A stretch of DNA of 58,194 nucleotides from an uncultured Candidatus Saccharibacteria bacterium (GTDB taxonomy: Bacteria > Patescibacteriota > Minisyncoccia > Phycocordibacterales > DATGWK01). A program made the position numbers and the translations under genes. The notes beneath the pieces are model-generated. The model had not been told where the DNA came from. It did not search any database and was given only the letters and a program-made list of their open reading frames with translations. Positions 55,929-58,194 of the stretch are shown here, piece after piece (the first letter of the stretch is position 1; each line of letters opens with the position of its first letter). The stretch is from the NCBI GenBank assembly GCA_964428845.1, contig CAYRZH010000001.1:1-58194 (forward strand), given 5' to 3'.

Positions 55929-56591
55929 TTATTGGAGTTTGCCAGAAATTGCCTTCACAGACTCACCTGGGTTTAGAAACATAACATATTTATAATTCAA
56001 AACATCAACCGGGCTCATGTTTCTCGCCTCTTTTACTGAAATGTTGCCAATATTTTTAAAACTTTTCTCAATTGCTGCATGTTTGGTGTCGATGGCCACG
56101 TAGAGTGCATTTTGCTTTTTTGAAACAATTCTTTCAAAGCCTGGAATTGTGCCGAGTGATTTCACAATCTCCATAGCGTTTTTCGTCTTTGGCGTGTTGA
56201 GGCTAAAGTTGTCGACAAATAAGATCTCTCCATCTTTAAATTTCTTAGAAAGAATAGTGTAGAGGGCTTTGGCCTTCATCTTTTTATTGACCTTGCGATC
56301 GAAGTTCCTGTCGTTGCGTGGTCCATGTGCAACCCCACCACCGACCCAGATCGGTGAGCGAGTCGAGCCGTGTCGGGCGCGGCCGGTTCCCTTTTGCTGC
56401 CATGGCTTTTTGCCTCCACCGCGGACATCGCCACGAGTTTTCGTATGGGCGACCGGCTTTCTGGCTGCCGTATTCATCGAAGATATGACCTGATGGACAA
56501 GGTCGGCATTCCAAGGGAGATCAAAAATTCCTTCAGGCAAAACAACGTTGCCTGACTCTTTCCCTTTTTCATTGTATACGACAGTTTTCAT
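55929..56591 (-). CDS. rplD: 50S ribosomal protein L4
   Basis: GGGKKPWQQKGTGRARHGS. Confidence 0.97.
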   Translation of the reverse strand: MKTVVYNEKGKESGNVVLPEGIFDLPWNADLVHQVISSMNTAARKPVAHTKTRGDVRGGGKKPWQQKGTGRARHGSTRSPIWVGGGVAHGPRNDRNFDRKVNKKMKAKALYTILSKKFKDGEILFVDNFSLNTPKTKNAMEIVKSLGTIPGFERIVSKKQNALYVAIDTKHAAIEKSFKNIGNISVKEARNMSPVDVLNYKYVMFLNPGESVKAISGKLQ

Positions 56592-56616
56592 TGTGATTGG
56601 AAGATTTTAAGATCTT

Positions 56617-57228
56617 TTACCCGCGGATTTCTACGAGAGTTCCACGCCTTCCTGGCACGGCTCCTGAAACAACTAAAATATTTTCTGCCGGTCGGACTTC
56701 AACCACTTTTAGATTTTTTACAGTGACACGTTCTCCTCCCATGCGACCGGCCATGCGCATTCCTTTTGGAACTTTGTTTCGAAGACCGCCACCGATGGAG
56801 CCCGGCTCGCGCTCGGAGTGTTTCTGCCCGTGGCTTCGAGGACCACCCTTGAAGCCGTGCCTTTTGACGACACCCTGGAAGCCCTTACCTTTCGAGATAG
56901 AAGAAACGGCAATGGTGTCTCCAGTGGCAAAGACTGCGGCATCTACCTTGTCCCCCACTTTCGGTTCTTCACCTGCGTCACCGATGAGACACTCTTTTAC
57001 ATGAGCAAATGCTCCCAAGCCTTTCATATGGCCAGTTTGGGCCTTGTTTATGTTTTTTGGTTTCTTTGCCCCAAATCCAAACTGGGCGGCTCTGTAGCCA
57101 TCTTTTTCTACGGTTTTGACTTGGGTAACGATCATCGGACCAGCCGAAATCACGGTGGCAGGAATAACCTTTCCGTCCTCGGCGAAGACCTGTGTCATAT
57201 TTAGCTTTTTTCCAAGAATGAATTTCAT
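56617..57228 (-). CDS. rplC: 50S ribosomal protein L3
   Basis: GKKLNMTQ, SKGKGFQG, MAGRMG, GAVPG. Confidence 0.97.
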   Translation of the reverse strand: MKFILGKKLNMTQVFAEDGKVIPATVISAGPMIVTQVKTVEKDGYRAAQFGFGAKKPKNINKAQTGHMKGLGAFAHVKECLIGDAGEEPKVGDKVDAAVFATGDTIAVSSISKGKGFQGVVKRHGFKGGPRSHGQKHSEREPGSIGGGLRNKVPKGMRMAGRMGGERVTVKNLKVVEVRPAENILVVSGAVPGRRGTLVEIRG

Positions 57229-57339
57229 TGTTTGAATTGGTGGTTCGGCGGTATCTCAAGGCTACGCCTAGGGAGTACGAGAAGCGCCGCCCCGATACAA
57301 GCCGAAGGCGGCGCCCCGCCAAGCGCCCTAAAGATACAT

Positions 57340-57747
57340 CTACATAATCTTTACGTCAATATTTACTCCTGATGGCAAACTCAAGTTGGTGAGTGCCTCT
57401 ATGATCTTTTGGCTTGGGTTGATGATATCGATAAGGCGTTTGTGGATCCTCATCTCAAACTGCTCACGAGCGTTTTTATAAACGAAAGCAGCTCGGTTGA
57501 CTGTATATTTCTTTATCTCTGTAGGAAGAGGGATCGGTCCGACTACCTCGGCATCATATCGCAGAGCTGTATCAATGATCTGCTTCACCGAAACATCGAG
57601 TATCTTGTACTCGTAAGCACGGACGCGAATGCGTAGCTTGGAAATAGCAGAGGTGTCTTTCAGCTTAGGTGAAGAAGCTGTCTTAACTTTCGCACCGGCT
57701 GCGCCCTTGCGAGCCTTGCTTGTCTTGATCGTAGCCTTGGTAGTCAT
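57340..57747 (-). CDS. rpsJ: 30S ribosomal protein S10 with a basic N-terminal extension
   Basis: LRIRVRAY, GPIPLPT, REQFEMRIHKRLIDI. Confidence 0.97.
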   Translation of the reverse strand: MTTKATIKTSKARKGAAGAKVKTASSPKLKDTSAISKLRIRVRAYEYKILDVSVKQIIDTALRYDAEVVGPIPLPTEIKKYTVNRAAFVYKNAREQFEMRIHKRLIDIINPSQKIIEALTNLSLPSGVNIDVKIM

Positions 57748-57806
57748 GTTGTCAATTTACTCTGCTTTTTATTCTACTTTCTTGTGTTTTGAGGATTACT
57801 CGATCT

Positions 57807-58194
57807 TTATTTTACAATCTTAGTAACAACTCCGGCACCGACTGTCTTGCCACCCTCTCGGACTGCGAACCTCTGCTTCTCTTCGATAGCGATAGGGGCA
57901 ACGAGTTTTACCTTGAACTGCACTGTGTCTCCTGGCATAACCATCTCTACTTTTTCAGGGAGAGTTACGTCACCAGTGACGTCTGTAGTTCGCATGTAGA
58001 ACTGTGGTTTGTAACCAGTGAAGAAAGGAGTGTGACGACCACCTTCCTCTTTCTTCAGAACGTAAACTTCAGCGTCAAACTCGGTGTGTGGAGTAATTGA
58101 ACCTGGCTTACAGAGAACCTGACCACGCTCGATGTCGTCGCGCTCAATACCGCGCAGCAGAACACCAACGTTGTCACCTGCCTGACCTAGATCG
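57807..58194 (-). CDS. tuf: Elongation factor Tu, C-terminal part (runs off the window)
   Basis: [28 protein letters not shown]. Confidence 0.97.
   Translation of the reverse strand, partial: DLGQAGDNVGVLLRGIERDDIERGQVLCKPGSITPHTEFDAEVYVLKKEEGGRHTPFFTGYKPQFYMRTTDVTGDVTLPEKVEMVMPGDTVQFKVKLVAPIAIEEKQRFAVREGGKTVGAGVVTKIVK

Noticed and set aside
1-58194. CRISPR array or cas genes
   Set aside because: No regularly spaced direct repeats with unique spacers and no Cas motifs. The repeats found are inverted or occur in only 2-3 copies.

Overview
A 58-kb chromosomal segment of a Patescibacteria (CPR; Parcubacteria/OD1-like) bacterium. Lineage evidence: tuf directly precedes rpsJ, rpmD (L30) is missing from the spc block, the type IV pilus/comF cluster is compact, and core genes mostly lack Shine-Dalgarno motifs. 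Order from left to right: pilM-N-O-orf-pilB-RR-pilT-pilC cluster with divergent comF; tRNA-Ser(GCT) with a 4.2-kb large-serine-recombinase island; guaA; a tandem-HEPN gene; stand-alone accessory genes; recG; tRNA-Ile(UAU); ftsH; smpB; tmRNA; an accessory array with three TM-wHTH paralogs; a NUDIX fusion; gmhA; cls; infC-rpmI-rplT; a beta-CASP nuclease; a probable 6S RNA; ndk; map; adk; secY; and the S10/spc ribosomal block up to a partial tuf. The most striking structure is the recombinase island. It is built from two perfect nested inverted-repeat pairs (131 bp and 164 bp) that share a CCGCAA core, so the excised circle would carry two 289-bp inverted repeats, a 2-micron-plasmid-like layout. 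Also notable is a recurring hairpin element whose terminal arms are copies of the adjacent tRNA or tmRNA 3' end. All product calls come from motif recognition; no database search was run.
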